Part shown: piece by piece, positions 1-8,953 of the stretch
How positions within the stretch are numbered: the first letter of the stretch is position 1
How the letters are laid out: each line of letters opens with the position of its first letter
Origin: an uncultured Actinomycetes bacterium
GTDB taxonomy: Bacteria > Actinomycetota > Thermoleophilia > UBA2241
DNA length: 64,000 bases
Direction of reading: 5' to 3'
NCBI GenBank assembly: GCA_963755025.1
Contig: CAVWIH010000028.1
Span: forward strand, 1 to 64,000
Position numbers and translations under genes: made by a program
Notes under the pieces: model-generated
Databases searched by the model: none
What the model was told of the DNA's origin: nothing
What the model saw: the letters and a program-made list of their open reading frames with translations, nothing else

Positions 1-77
1 CTATGGGCGCGCCGCAGCGCGCCGGCGACGAGCAGGCCACCGACGCTCTGGCCGGCGTCGAACACGACCACCTTCAT
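1..77 (-). CDS. 5' end of a gene running off the window; N-terminus resembles glutamate racemase (MKVVVFDAGQSVGGLLVAGALRRAH)
   Basis: Manual translation from ATG at 77; similar to the MurI start motif (FDSG.GGL.V); only 25 codons visible. Confidence 0.35.
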   Translation of the reverse strand, partial: MKVVVFDAGQSVGGLLVAGALRRAH

Positions 78-107
78 GGCGGCAGTACCACGTTCATGGC
101 GGCAGTC
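68..107. repeat. Imperfect 20-bp tandem duplication
   Basis: ccaccttcatggcggcagta / ccacgttcatggcggcagtc. Confidence 0.85.
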
Positions 108-170
108 TACCCCGCGCGGGCGCGACCGCCGCGCCGCGCGCGCGTGCGGCCCGCCGCGGCCGCCCCTCGC

Positions 171-1055
171 CTACGCCGCGGGACGCTGGGCCAGCGGCCG
201 CGCGTGCCCGCTCGCCAGCCAGGCGCCGAAGTCGAGCAGCCCGGGGTGCAGGCCGCGCACCTGGTCGATGTCGACGTCGTAGCCCGTGCGCTCGAACCAG
301 TCATACATGAGGTACATGTCTTCGCTCTGGTCGCGCATGGCCTGCCACGAGATCTGCACGTACCGCACGGGCTCGCCGATGGCGGCGCTCAGGGCCCTCG
401 TCGCCTCGGGGTAGGTGAGCTCGTCTGCGGCGATATCGAAGGCCTGTCCTATGAACTCCTCGGGCCGGGCGAACACGATGGCCACGATCGCCGCGACGTC
501 CTCGACTGAGATCATCTGCAACCTGGTCGTCTGCTGCATCGGCACCGGCACGATGACGCCCTGGTCGGTGCGCTGCGCACCCATCGTCACAAGGTTCTCC
601 ATGAAGTACACGGGCCGCACGATGGTGAGCGGCAGGCCGAGGCCCCTGAGGTGCTCTTCGATGGCTGCCTTGGTCTCGAAGTGGGGGATGCCCGTCTTTC
701 TGTCGGCGGAGGCCACCGATGAGTAGACGTAGTGCCGCACGCCCGCGGCCGCGGCGGCGTCGCCCAGGGTCTTGCCCTGCGCGACCTCGGCCTCCAGGCC
801 CTGCTCGTACGGAGTCGCCATGGCGAAGACGCCGTAGACGCCGGCGACAGCTCCGGCCAGGCTGGAGGCGTCGGTCATGTCGCCGGCGACGAGCTCCACC
901 CCCAGCTCGCGCGCGGGGCGGGCGCGCTCGCCTATGGGGTCGCGCGTGAGGCCGCGCACGCGCCAGCCGTCGGCCACCAGACGCCGCGCTACCGCGCCGC
1001 CCTGCTGCCCCGTGATGCCTGAGACCAGGATGGTCCTGTCGCTGTTCGCACTCAT
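171..1055 (-). CDS. NmrA/HSCARG-family NAD(P)-binding protein
   Basis: GITGQQGG Rossmann motif, VRGLTRDP, HFETK, RPVYFMEN; RBS AAAGGAGG upstream. Confidence 0.9.
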   Translation of the reverse strand: MSANSDRTILVSGITGQQGGAVARRLVADGWRVRGLTRDPIGERARPARELGVELVAGDMTDASSLAGAVAGVYGVFAMATPYEQGLEAEVAQGKTLGDAAAAAGVRHYVYSSVASADRKTGIPHFETKAAIEEHLRGLGLPLTIVRPVYFMENLVTMGAQRTDQGVIVPVPMQQTTRLQMISVEDVAAIVAIVFARPEEFIGQAFDIAADELTYPEATRALSAAIGEPVRYVQISWQAMRDQSEDMYLMYDWFERTGYDVDIDQVRGLHPGLLDFGAWLASGHARPLAQRPAA

Positions 1056-1195
1056 GAAGTGCCTCCTTTGCGCGGCTGGCGAGCCGCACGATGTCGTTCA
1101 GAGTCGAGCTCAAAGTCGAGCGTGTGGGGTGAGGTGACGCAAGGAGACGTTCCCCGGGCGGGCGGGCCGCAATCACTTTGCACTAAGAAAATAGG

Positions 1196-1220
1196 GTTAA
1201 CCTGGCCCCGATGTGGGTAC
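1196..1220 (+). promoter_or_regulatory. Possible SigB/SigF-type stress promoter upstream of the rubrerythrins
   Basis: GTTAA-N14-GGGTAC; overlaps an alternative 11-bp-repeat reading at 1171-1203. Confidence 0.4.
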
Positions 1221-1484
1221 AACCCGCCCGTGAAGGAGCTTTGTCTCGGGCGCGCCGCGCGACCGGGGCGTCTGGGGAGGTGCACTCGACACGCAAGGAC
1301 GCACGCCTCGCGTCGTCGTTCCCCGGGTCATCACACGCGCCAACGCCGGGCTGCACGTCTGCCCTGCGCAGGCGCTGATAGCATAGGCATCTCGACCGGC
1401 TCAAGCGATGCTGCGCGGGCCACAAGGCGGACGTTTGCGCCGCCGCCGGCCGCGCCTAAAGCGAACCCACAGGAGGGAACACAA

Positions 1485-2030
1485 ATGGCAGACGCGTTCA
1501 AGAACACCCCGCCTAAGGCCGAGAAGCTCGGCGCCATGACCGAAGAGAACCTGAAGGCCGCGTTCGCCGGCGAAAGCCAGGCGTCGCAGAAGTATCTCGC
1601 CTTCTCCGCCAAGGCCGACGCCGAGGGTTACCCGAACATCGGCCGCCTCTTTCGCGCCGTGGCCTACGCCGAGAGCATGCACGCCCGCAACCACCTGAGC
1701 GTGCTCGGCGGCATCGGCGACACCGCCGCCAATCTCAAGGCTGCCTGGGGCGGCGAGACCTTCGAGATCGACGAGATGTACCCGGCCTACGACGCCGTCG
1801 CCAAGCTGCAGGGCAACGCCGAGGCGCGCACCTCGATCCGCTACGCCCTCACCGCCGAGAAGGACCATCAGGCGATCTACGACAGCACCGGCAAGGGCCT
1901 CGGCGCCGGCAACGACCTGACCGACGCGCCGGTCCGGGTCTGCCCGATCTGCGGCCACACGGTCATCGGCGATGCTCCCGACGAGTGCCCCGTCTGCGGT
2001 ACTGCGGGTCAGTTCTTCACCGCGTTCTGA
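1485..2030 (+). CDS. rbr: Rubrerythrin (diiron four-helix bundle plus C-terminal rubredoxin)
   Basis: NLKAAFAGESQA, ESMH, EKDH, CPIC...CPVC; RBS AGGAGG before ATG 1485 (the ORF-track start at 1059 is too long). Confidence 0.93.
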   Translation: MADAFKNTPPKAEKLGAMTEENLKAAFAGESQASQKYLAFSAKADAEGYPNIGRLFRAVAYAESMHARNHLSVLGGIGDTAANLKAAWGGETFEIDEMYPAYDAVAKLQGNAEARTSIRYALTAEKDHQAIYDSTGKGLGAGNDLTDAPVRVCPICGHTVIGDAPDECPVCGTAGQFFTAF

Positions 2031-2064
2031 GTCTGTCGCGCACGTCTGCGCGGCGAGAGCTCGC

Positions 2065-2102
2065 GCCGCGACGCCGCCCGCCGGGCGGCGTCGCGGCCCT
2101 TT
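2065..2102 (+). terminator. GC-rich hairpin between the two rubrerythrin genes
   Basis: Perfect 15-bp stem gccgcgacgccgccc/gggcggcgtcgcggc followed by ccttt. Confidence 0.65.
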
Positions 2103-2131
2103 AAGGCCAGCTACCTGAAGGAGGACACGCG

Positions 2132-2701
2132 ATGAGCGACGGTGAGGCCTCGGTTCTGAGCGATCTCGAACGCAGGCTGCCGCGGCCCGACACGCTGCAC
2201 GCCATGGACCTGGCCGACCTCAAGGCGGCTTTCGCCGGCGAAAGCCAGGCGGCCGAACGGTATCTGGTGTTCGCCGAGCAGGCCGAGGCCGAGGGTCTGC
2301 CCCGCGTGGCCACCCTGTTTCGCGCGATCTCGTTCGCCGAGACGCGCCACGCCCGCAACCACTTTCGCGTCATGGCTGGCATCGGCGCCACGGCCGACAA
2401 CCTGCAGGCGGCCTTCGAGGGCGAGTCGTTCGAGATCGACGAGATGTACCCGGCCTACGTCGAGGTCGCCAAGCTGCAGGGCGACAAGCAGGCCTTCAAG
2501 TCGCTGCACTGGGCGCTCAAGGCCGAGGTCGACCACAAGCGCATGTACGCCGAGGCGCGCGAGACGGTGCTCGCCGGCGGCGACATCGCGGTGCAACAGG
2601 TGAGCGTCTGCCAGGTGTGCGGCCACACCGTCATCGGCGACGCGCCCGACAAGTGCCCGGTGTGCGCCGCGCCGGCCAGCGCCTACCGCGCCTTCTCCTA
2701 G
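2132..2701 (+). CDS. rbr: Rubrerythrin, second paralog
   Basis: LKAAFAGESQA, ETRH, EVDH, CQVC...CPVC; RBS GGAGG. Confidence 0.93.
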   Translation: MSDGEASVLSDLERRLPRPDTLHAMDLADLKAAFAGESQAAERYLVFAEQAEAEGLPRVATLFRAISFAETRHARNHFRVMAGIGATADNLQAAFEGESFEIDEMYPAYVEVAKLQGDKQAFKSLHWALKAEVDHKRMYAEARETVLAGGDIAVQQVSVCQVCGHTVIGDAPDKCPVCAAPASAYRAFS

Positions 2702-2922
2702 GCCCGAGGCGGACTCCGGCGGGACACCCGGCCCGGGGAGCCGGCGCCGGCCGACCCCCGCGCCGGCCCGCCCGCGCCTGTCGACCCCGCGCCGCCGGGC
2801 CGGGGGGCCGGCGCCGGCGGCATCGTGTAGACTCATCCCTGCCGCCGGCGCCGGCCGCTCCTGCGACCAAAGCCGGCGGGCCGTCAGGCGGACCCTTTCT
2901 TTGCGAGCGGAGGTCACGGACC

Positions 2923-3405
2923 GTGGGCAACACCTTCGGCGTAGGGCGCGAGGCGCCCCAGTTCGACCTTACCGCGCACGACGGCAGTCGCGTGTCGCTC
3001 AAGCAGTATCGCGGCGACTGGTTCGCCGTCGTCGTCTTTCTGGGCGCCGACCCGGTGGCCGCGGCGGCCGAGACGAAGGCCCTGAGCACGGTCGCCGGCC
3101 GGCTCTGGGGCTGGCGCGGCCAGCTCGTCGGTCTGCTGCACGGCGACCAGGCCGCCCTGCAGACCGTGGCCGCCAAGGCCGAACACACCTCGTTCCCGCT
3201 GCTCGCCGACCCCGACGCGGCCGTGGCCCGCTCCTTCGGCGTCTACGACGCCAAAAGCGGACGGGTGCGGCCCTCAGCCGTCATCGTCGACCGGTCGGGC
3301 AAGATCGTGTGGAGCGCCGACGGCGGTCCGGCGAGTCCCGACGGCGGCTTTGCCGACGTCGACCCCGACGCCCTCGTGAGCGCCATGAAGGACGTCGCCC
3401 GCTAG
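2923..3405 (+). CDS. AhpC/TSA (peroxiredoxin/BCP)-fold protein lacking all cysteines
   Basis: G..APQFDL...G..VSLKQYRG, FPLLADPD..VARSFGV, VIVDRSGKIVW; GTG start after GGAGG. Confidence 0.8.
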   Translation: MGNTFGVGREAPQFDLTAHDGSRVSLKQYRGDWFAVVVFLGADPVAAAAETKALSTVAGRLWGWRGQLVGLLHGDQAALQTVAAKAEHTSFPLLADPDAAVARSFGVYDAKSGRVRPSAVIVDRSGKIVWSADGGPASPDGGFADVDPDALVSAMKDVAR

Positions 3406-3527
3406 CGGTCTCACCGCCTCGCCGGCGTATGACGCCGGCGCCGCGCGCCGGCCGCCGTCTTGTTCGAACTCGCGCTCGAGTGGGCAAGTAGGGCCCGTAA
3501 GCACTATCCATGAAGGAGTAACTCGTC

Positions 3528-3893
3528 ATGATCGTCGGTCAGACGGTATTCAGCGTCAGGAAGGGCACCGAGCATCGGGCCGAGACCGCGTTACACGATC
3601 TCGACGGTCTCCTGCGCGCGGCGGCCGGTCACCAGGCCCACCGCGTTCTGCGCTCGTTCGGCATGTCGCCCATCGGCAGCGCGCTGCACGATGAGGCGCG
3701 CGAGGGCGAGCTTGGGGCGGTCCACTTCGTGGTGCAGACCGAGTGGGAGTCGCACGAGGCTCACGACGACTTCTACCGCGGCGAAGCGCTCGCCCGTGTC
3801 TACGCCTTGCTCTCGTCGATCCTGACGACCGGCCCGTACGAGGTGCTCTACGACGTCCTCGAGCAGGCCGACCGCAGCGGCGTGGCCGCGTAG
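3528..3893 (+). CDS. Antibiotic-biosynthesis-monooxygenase (ABM)-like dimeric alpha/beta barrel protein
   Basis: FVVQTEWESHEAH motif; RBS GAAGGAG. Confidence 0.65.
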   Translation: MIVGQTVFSVRKGTEHRAETALHDLDGLLRAAAGHQAHRVLRSFGMSPIGSALHDEAREGELGAVHFVVQTEWESHEAHDDFYRGEALARVYALLSSILTTGPYEVLYDVLEQADRSGVAA

Positions 3894-3915
3894 CGGACCG
3901 CTCCGACCTGCTTCT

Positions 3916-6645
3916 CTAGGAGGCGCCCCGGTCGGCGCCGTCGCGCCCGGCGTAGCGCAGCCGCATGCCGTTGCCGATCACTGCCAGCGACGTGCCCATG
4001 TCGGCGAAGACCGCCATCCACAGCGTGACGAGGCCGAGTGGCGCCAGCACCAGGAACGCCGTCTTGATGACGATCGCCAGGGCGATGTTCTCGCGGATGA
4101 CGCGCGTCGTGGCTCGCGAGAGCGCCACAGTGGCGGCGACCGCCGCCAGGTCGTCGCCCATGAGGGCGATGTCGGCGGTCTCGAGCGCGGCGTCGGCCCC
4201 CGCCACTCCCATGGCTATGCCGACCGTGGCCGCGGCGAGCGCCGGCGCGTCGTTCACGCCGTCGCCGACCATGGCGACCGCGCCGTAGCGTTCGGCGAGG
4301 CGGCGCACCTCGGCGACCTTCTCTTCGGGCAGCAGGCCCGAGCGCACCTCGTCGACCCCGGCCTCGCGGCCGATGGCCGCGGCGGTCGCCTCGTTGTCGC
4401 CGGTGAGGAGCGCGATGTGGCGCACGCCGCGCGCGCGCAGCGCGGCCAGCGCGGCGTACGCGCCGGGGCGGATGGCGTCGGCCACGGCGACGAGGCCCTC
4501 GACCCGTTCGGGCGTGCCCACCACGACGACCGTCTTGCCTTCGAGCTCGAGCCGCCGCATCTCGGCCCGAAAGAGGCCGTCGCGGCCCGGCGCCGCGAGC
4601 AGGGCGCCGGCGTCGTCGAACAGCTCGGGCTTGCCCACTAGCACGGTCTCGCCGTCGAGGTCGGCGCGCGCGCCCTGGCCGGCGATCGCCCGAAAGCGGG
4701 TGACGGCGTAGCGGTCGCGTCCGCCGGTGTGGTCGCGGTGGCCGTCGCACCCGTCGTGGCCGCAGTGGTCGTGAGCTCCCTCGTGCTCGTGGGGCCCGCC
4801 GTGATAGTGGGGCGCGTCGTGCTCGTGGCCCGCCTCGGCGGTCGTTGCGTGAGCGTGCCCCTCGTGCCCGGCGTGCGGCGCGGCGGCCGCCGCGTGGAGG
4901 TGGCCGTAGTGTCGGTGCGGCGCTTCGGCGGTCTCTGGTCGCTGCGCCTCGACGCGGTCGAACTCGGCGACGATGGCGCGGGCCAGGGGGTGCTCGCTGG
5001 AGCGTTCGACAGCGGCCGCCCGGGCGAGCACGAGCTCGCCCTGGTCGCCGTGCAGCGACAGTACGTCGGTCACGCGCGGCACGCCGGTGGTCAGCGTCCC
5101 CGTCTTGTCGAAGGCCATCGCCCGCAGGGCGCCCGCCTGCTCCAGGTAGGCGCCTCCCTTGATCAGCACGCCGCGCCGCGTCGCCGCGCCGAGCGCCGCC
5201 AGAAAGCTGACCGGCGTGGAGATCACCAGGGCGCATGGGCAGGAGATGATGAGCAGGGCGAGGCCGCGGTAGAGCCAGGTGCTGAAGGGCTGGCCGAAGA
5301 GCAGCGGCGGCAGCGCGACGACGGCCGCCGCGGCCACCACCACCACCGGGGTGTACTTGCCCGCGAAGCGGTCGATCGTGGTCTGCAGCGGCGCGCGCTG
5401 CGCCTGGGCCTCTTCGACCAGGTGGATGATCTTGGCGATGGTGTTGTCGGAGACGGTGGTGGTGGCGCGCACGGTCAGCGCGCCGCCCTCCACGATGGAA
5501 CCGGCGAAGACCTCGTCGCCCGGCCCCTTGCCGACCGGCATCGACTCGCCGGTCACCGGCGACTGGTCGACCCCGGCTTGCCCGTCGACGACGACGCCGT
5601 CGACCGCCAGGCGCTCGCCGGGCAGCGCCCGCACGAGGTCGCCGGGGCGCACGGCCGCCGCCGGGATGGTGTGGGTGTGATCGCCGTCGACGACGCGCGC
5701 CTCGGCCGGCGCGAGCCCCACGAGGCCGCGCACGGCACGGCGCGTGCGCTCCATGGTGAGCGTCTGCAGCAGGTTGCCGAGCGAGAAGAGAAAGACGACG
5801 AGGCCCGCCTCGCTCCACTGCCCGATGGCGGCGGCGCCGATCGCGGCGATCGTCATGAGGACGTTCATGTCGACCGACCGGGAGCGCAGCGAGTACCACG
5901 CCGCCCGTGCCGTGAGGTAGCCACCGCTCACCATGGCCGCCGCGAACAGCAGCGGAGCGAGCGAGGGGGCCAGAGCCTCGGCGACAAAACCGGCGGCTAC
6001 CGCCACCCCCGAGAGGGCGGTCAGCACGGCGCGCGTGTCGCCGAGCAGCGCGCGCAAGCCGGCGGCGCTCGCGGCGCCGTCAGGCGTCGCGTGACCGGCC
6101 CCGCCGTCGCGCGCGCTCTCGCGGGCCTGACGGCCCTCGAGCGTGTCGTAGCCGAGCCGCCGCACGCGGTCGAGCACCTGGTCGAAGGCGATCTCCTGGG
6201 GGTCGAAGACGACCTTGAGCGTCGCCGCCCCGAAGCTTGTGGTGGCGCTCACGACGCCCCCCGTGTTCTGCAGGGCGCCTTCGAGCTTGAGCGCGCAGTC
6301 GGCGCAGTCGAGGCCGGTGACGTGCGCCAGGCGCTGCTCGTAACGGTCGGCGCCGCTCGGGTCGAGCACCAGCTCGCAGCCGCAGGCGCCGTCGTGGCCG
6401 CCGTCGCGCGGACAGTGAGCGGCGCAATGGGTGGCGGCGCCTATGCGCCGGGCGTCGCGCGTGAGGTCGTCGTAGGCGAGCAGCTCGTTGTCGAAGCTCA
6501 CATGCAGCAGGCCGCGGGGCACGTCGGCGGCGACGTCGCGCACGCCGCGCAGGCGGCGCAGGCCGTCGCCGAACTCCTCGACGCACTCGGCGCAGTCGGC
6601 GCCGCGCGGCAGGACGACCGGCAGATCGAGCGCCGTCGTCGTCAT
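3916..6645 (-). CDS. Heavy-metal P1B-type ATPase (Zn/Cd/Pb-exporter type)
   Basis: N-terminal CAEC and CADC metal-binding domains, TGES, CPC, DKTGT, SEHP, GDGVNDAPAL, terminal DMG. Confidence 0.95.
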   Translation of the reverse strand: MTTTALDLPVVLPRGADCAECVEEFGDGLRRLRGVRDVAADVPRGLLHVSFDNELLAYDDLTRDARRIGAATHCAAHCPRDGGHDGACGCELVLDPSGADRYEQRLAHVTGLDCADCALKLEGALQNTGGVVSATTSFGAATLKVVFDPQEIAFDQVLDRVRRLGYDTLEGRQARESARDGGAGHATPDGAASAAGLRALLGDTRAVLTALSGVAVAAGFVAEALAPSLAPLLFAAAMVSGGYLTARAAWYSLRSRSVDMNVLMTIAAIGAAAIGQWSEAGLVVFLFSLGNLLQTLTMERTRRAVRGLVGLAPAEARVVDGDHTHTIPAAAVRPGDLVRALPGERLAVDGVVVDGQAGVDQSPVTGESMPVGKGPGDEVFAGSIVEGGALTVRATTTVSDNTIAKIIHLVEEAQAQRAPLQTTIDRFAGKYTPVVVVAAAAVVALPPLLFGQPFSTWLYRGLALLIISCPCALVISTPVSFLAALGAATRRGVLIKGGAYLEQAGALRAMAFDKTGTLTTGVPRVTDVLSLHGDQGELVLARAAAVERSSEHPLARAIVAEFDRVEAQRPETAEAPHRHYGHLHAAAAAPHAGHEGHAHATTAEAGHEHDAPHYHGGPHEHEGAHDHCGHDGCDGHRDHTGGRDRYAVTRFRAIAGQGARADLDGETVLVGKPELFDDAGALLAAPGRDGLFRAEMRRLELEGKTVVVVGTPERVEGLVAVADAIRPGAYAALAALRARGVRHIALLTGDNEATAAAIGREAGVDEVRSGLLPEEKVAEVRRLAERYGAVAMVGDGVNDAPALAAATVGIAMGVAGADAALETADIALMGDDLAAVAATVALSRATTRVIRENIALAIVIKTAFLVLAPLGLVTLWMAVFADMGTSLAVIGNGMRLRYAGRDGADRGAS

Positions 6646-6962
6646 GCGCCGCCGCCGTGGCGCACGTGCTCGAGCGTCATGTCGAGCAGCAGGCGGATGT
6701 GGTCGTCGTCGGGGGCGTAGAAGACCTGCTTGCCTTCGCGGCGAAAGCGTACAAGACCGTGGGCGCGCAGCACCGAGAGGTGGTGAGAGACGTTGGACTC
6801 GCTCATGCCCAGCTGGTCGGCGAGCTCGCCGACGCAGATCTCGTCGCGGCGCAGCAGGGCGTAGATGAGACGGCAGCGGCTGGCGTCGCCGAGCACGCGA
6901 AAGACGGTGGCCACGCGGGCCGCATCGAGCACCTCGACGTCGTCGCGAGTCTCGCTCGCCAC
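6642..6962 (-). CDS. ArsR/SmtB-family metal-sensing repressor (alpha5 site)
   Basis: CVGELA..LGMSESNVSHHLSVLR HTH; DDH-x10-H-x2-H alpha5 motif; GTG start after AAAGGAGG; stop overlaps the ATPase ATG. Confidence 0.92.
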   Translation of the reverse strand: MASETRDDVEVLDAARVATVFRVLGDASRCRLIYALLRRDEICVGELADQLGMSESNVSHHLSVLRAHGLVRFRREGKQVFYAPDDDHIRLLLDMTLEHVRHGGGA

Positions 6963-6982
6963 GCTCGCCGCCTCCTTTGTTG

Positions 6983-7008
6983 AACGCATGAACAGGTATT
7001 CATATGTT
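6983..7008. promoter_or_regulatory. SmtB/CzrA-type inverted-repeat operator
   Basis: aacgcATGAAcaggtaTTCATatgtt directly upstream of the arsR gene; matches the TGAA-N6-TTCA core. Confidence 0.85.
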
Positions 7009-7202
7009 ACCGGGCAACGCCGTTGCCGACAACCATTTGGCGGCGGCCGGGCCGTCGGGGCCGGGTGGGACCGGAGCCCGGCGCGGCTCGGGAGGCACAG
7101 CCCGACGCCAGCGGCCCACCTGCGGCGGCCGAGTGGACTCGTACGGCAATCGGGTAAAGTCATGCCGCATACGCGGCCAAGACGCGAGAGAAAGGCACGC
7201 CA

Positions 7203-8456
7203 CTGAAGCGCAGCTTCCTGTCCGACCTGTTCTCGCGCGAGCTGCTTCGCTACCTCGGCCCCGGGTTCATCGTCACGATCGGCTTCATCGACCCCGGCAA
7301 CTGGGCCACCAACCTGGCCGGGGGCAGCCAGTTCGGCTACGCGCTGCTCTGGGTCATCACGCTGTCCACGCTCATGCTGATCTTTCTGCAGCACGTCGCC
7401 GCGCGCCTGGGGATCGTCACCGGCGCCTCGCTCGCGGTGAACGTGCGCAACCACTTCTCGCGGCCGCTCGTCGTGCTGTTCGGGGGCACGATGGTGCCGG
7501 CCCTGATCGCGACCTCGCTGGCCGAGATCCTCGGCGGCGCGCTCGGCTTTCAGATCCTGTTCCACCTGCCGCTCGTGGTCGGCGCGCCGCTCACGCTGGC
7601 GCTCGTCGTGCTGGCCATCGTCGCGCAGCGCTATGACCAGCTCGAGCGTCTGATCATCGTCTTTCTGGCGTTCATCGCCGCCGCCTACATCGTCGAGCTC
7701 TTCATCGTGAAGCCCGACATGGGCGCGGCGGCGCGTGACTGGGTCGTCCCGACCTTCCCCGCCGGCAGCATCGTCGTCGCCATGGGCATGCTCGGCGCGA
7801 TCGTGATGCCGCACAACATCTACCTGCACTCCAACACCATCCAGTCGCGGGAGTGGGACTTTGGCGGCGACGACCAGGCCAGGCTCATGCGCTACGAGCT
7901 GATCGACACCTCGCTGTCGATGGGCATGGGCTGGCTCGTGAACTCGGCCATGATCCTGGTGGCCGCCGCCGTCTTTTACTCGCACGGCATCACGGTGACG
8001 AGCATCCAGCAAGCCTCGGCTACCCTGCGTCCGCTCGTCGGACCCCTGTCGCAACTGCTCTTCGGCCTCGCCTTGCTGGTCGCCGGCCTGTCGTCGTCGA
8101 TCACGTCGTCGCTGGCCACGGCCAACGTCGTGACCGGCTACCTGGGCAGGCCCGAAGACCCCCACAGCCGCCTCTACCGCTTCGGCATGATCGCCATGGC
8201 CCTGCCCGCCGTGGCGCTCATCATGGTGGGCCTGAACGCCTACCGCGCGTTGATCCTGAGCCAGGTGGTGCTCAGCCTGCAGCTGCCGCTCACCATCATC
8301 CCGCTGCTCGTGCTCACGCGGCGCGCCAGCGTGATGGGCCCGATGCGCTCCGGCAGGCGCACCATGGTGTCGGGCTGGACGCTGGCGGCTATCATCATCG
8401 GGCTGAACGTGTTCCTGCTCTACCAGACCTTCTTCCCGAAAGGGCACCTGCGATGA
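7203..8456 (+). CDS. mntH: NRAMP-family Mn2+/Fe2+ transporter (start codon ambiguous)
   Basis: LGPGFIVTIGFIDPGNWAT (DPGN) lies in frame upstream of the ORF-track start; MPHNIYLHS; in-frame TAA at 7155 with no ATG/GTG/TTG before DPGN. Confidence 0.88.
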   Translation: MKRSFLSDLFSRELLRYLGPGFIVTIGFIDPGNWATNLAGGSQFGYALLWVITLSTLMLIFLQHVAARLGIVTGASLAVNVRNHFSRPLVVLFGGTMVPALIATSLAEILGGALGFQILFHLPLVVGAPLTLALVVLAIVAQRYDQLERLIIVFLAFIAAAYIVELFIVKPDMGAAARDWVVPTFPAGSIVVAMGMLGAIVMPHNIYLHSNTIQSREWDFGGDDQARLMRYELIDTSLSMGMGWLVNSAMILVAAAVFYSHGITVTSIQQASATLRPLVGPLSQLLFGLALLVAGLSSSITSSLATANVVTGYLGRPEDPHSRLYRFGMIAMALPAVALIMVGLNAYRALILSQVVLSLQLPLTIIPLLVLTRRASVMGPMRSGRRTMVSGWTLAAIIIGLNVFLLYQTFFPKGHLR

Positions 8457-8953
8457 CTCTCTTCCGGCGGATCCTCGTTCCCCTCGACGGCACGCCGGTC
8501 GACGACGCCATGCTCGATCACGTGATCGCCCTGGCCGAGGCCTTCCACTCCGAGGTCATCCTGCTGCGTGTCGCCCACTTTCACACTCGCGACACCATGA
8601 CCCACGAAGTCGAAGACGCCCAGTCGGTGCTCGATCGGGTGGCGCCTCGCCTTGAGGGCCGCGGCTTTGTCGTGCGCACCGTGGTCGGGCGCGGCGAACC
8701 GGCCGACGACACCGTCGAACAGGCCGCCAAGCTCGAGTGCGACCTGATCGCCATGGGCACCCACGGCCACGGCGCCCTCAAGCGCGCCGTACTGGGCAGC
8801 TTCGCCGAGAAGGTGCGCCACGCGACCGACGTGCCGCTGCTGCTGGTCAAGGCGAGGGCGGGCGCGACGGCGGAGCGTCCGGCTGCGGACTCCGACGAGC
8901 CGGCAGACGAGCGCCCACCCGCCGACCACGACGAGCCGGCGGCCGGCGCGTGA
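8453..8953 (+). CDS. Universal stress protein
   Basis: FRRILVPLDG, DLIAMGTHGHG..K..VLGSFAEKV; ATGA overlap with the NRAMP stop. Confidence 0.9.
   Translation: MTLFRRILVPLDGTPVDDAMLDHVIALAEAFHSEVILLRVAHFHTRDTMTHEVEDAQSVLDRVAPRLEGRGFVVRTVVGRGEPADDTVEQAAKLECDLIAMGTHGHGALKRAVLGSFAEKVRHATDVPLLLVKARAGATAERPAADSDEPADERPPADHDEPAAGA

Noticed and set aside
7010-7200. yybP-ykoY or M-box riboswitch upstream of the NRAMP gene
   Set aside because: I could not find the conserved motifs of either family by eye
7203-7205. Genuine CTG start codon for mntH
   Set aside because: Deleting one C gives ATG at a good distance from AAAGG, which matches the insertion-error pattern elsewhere; cannot be claimed without reads
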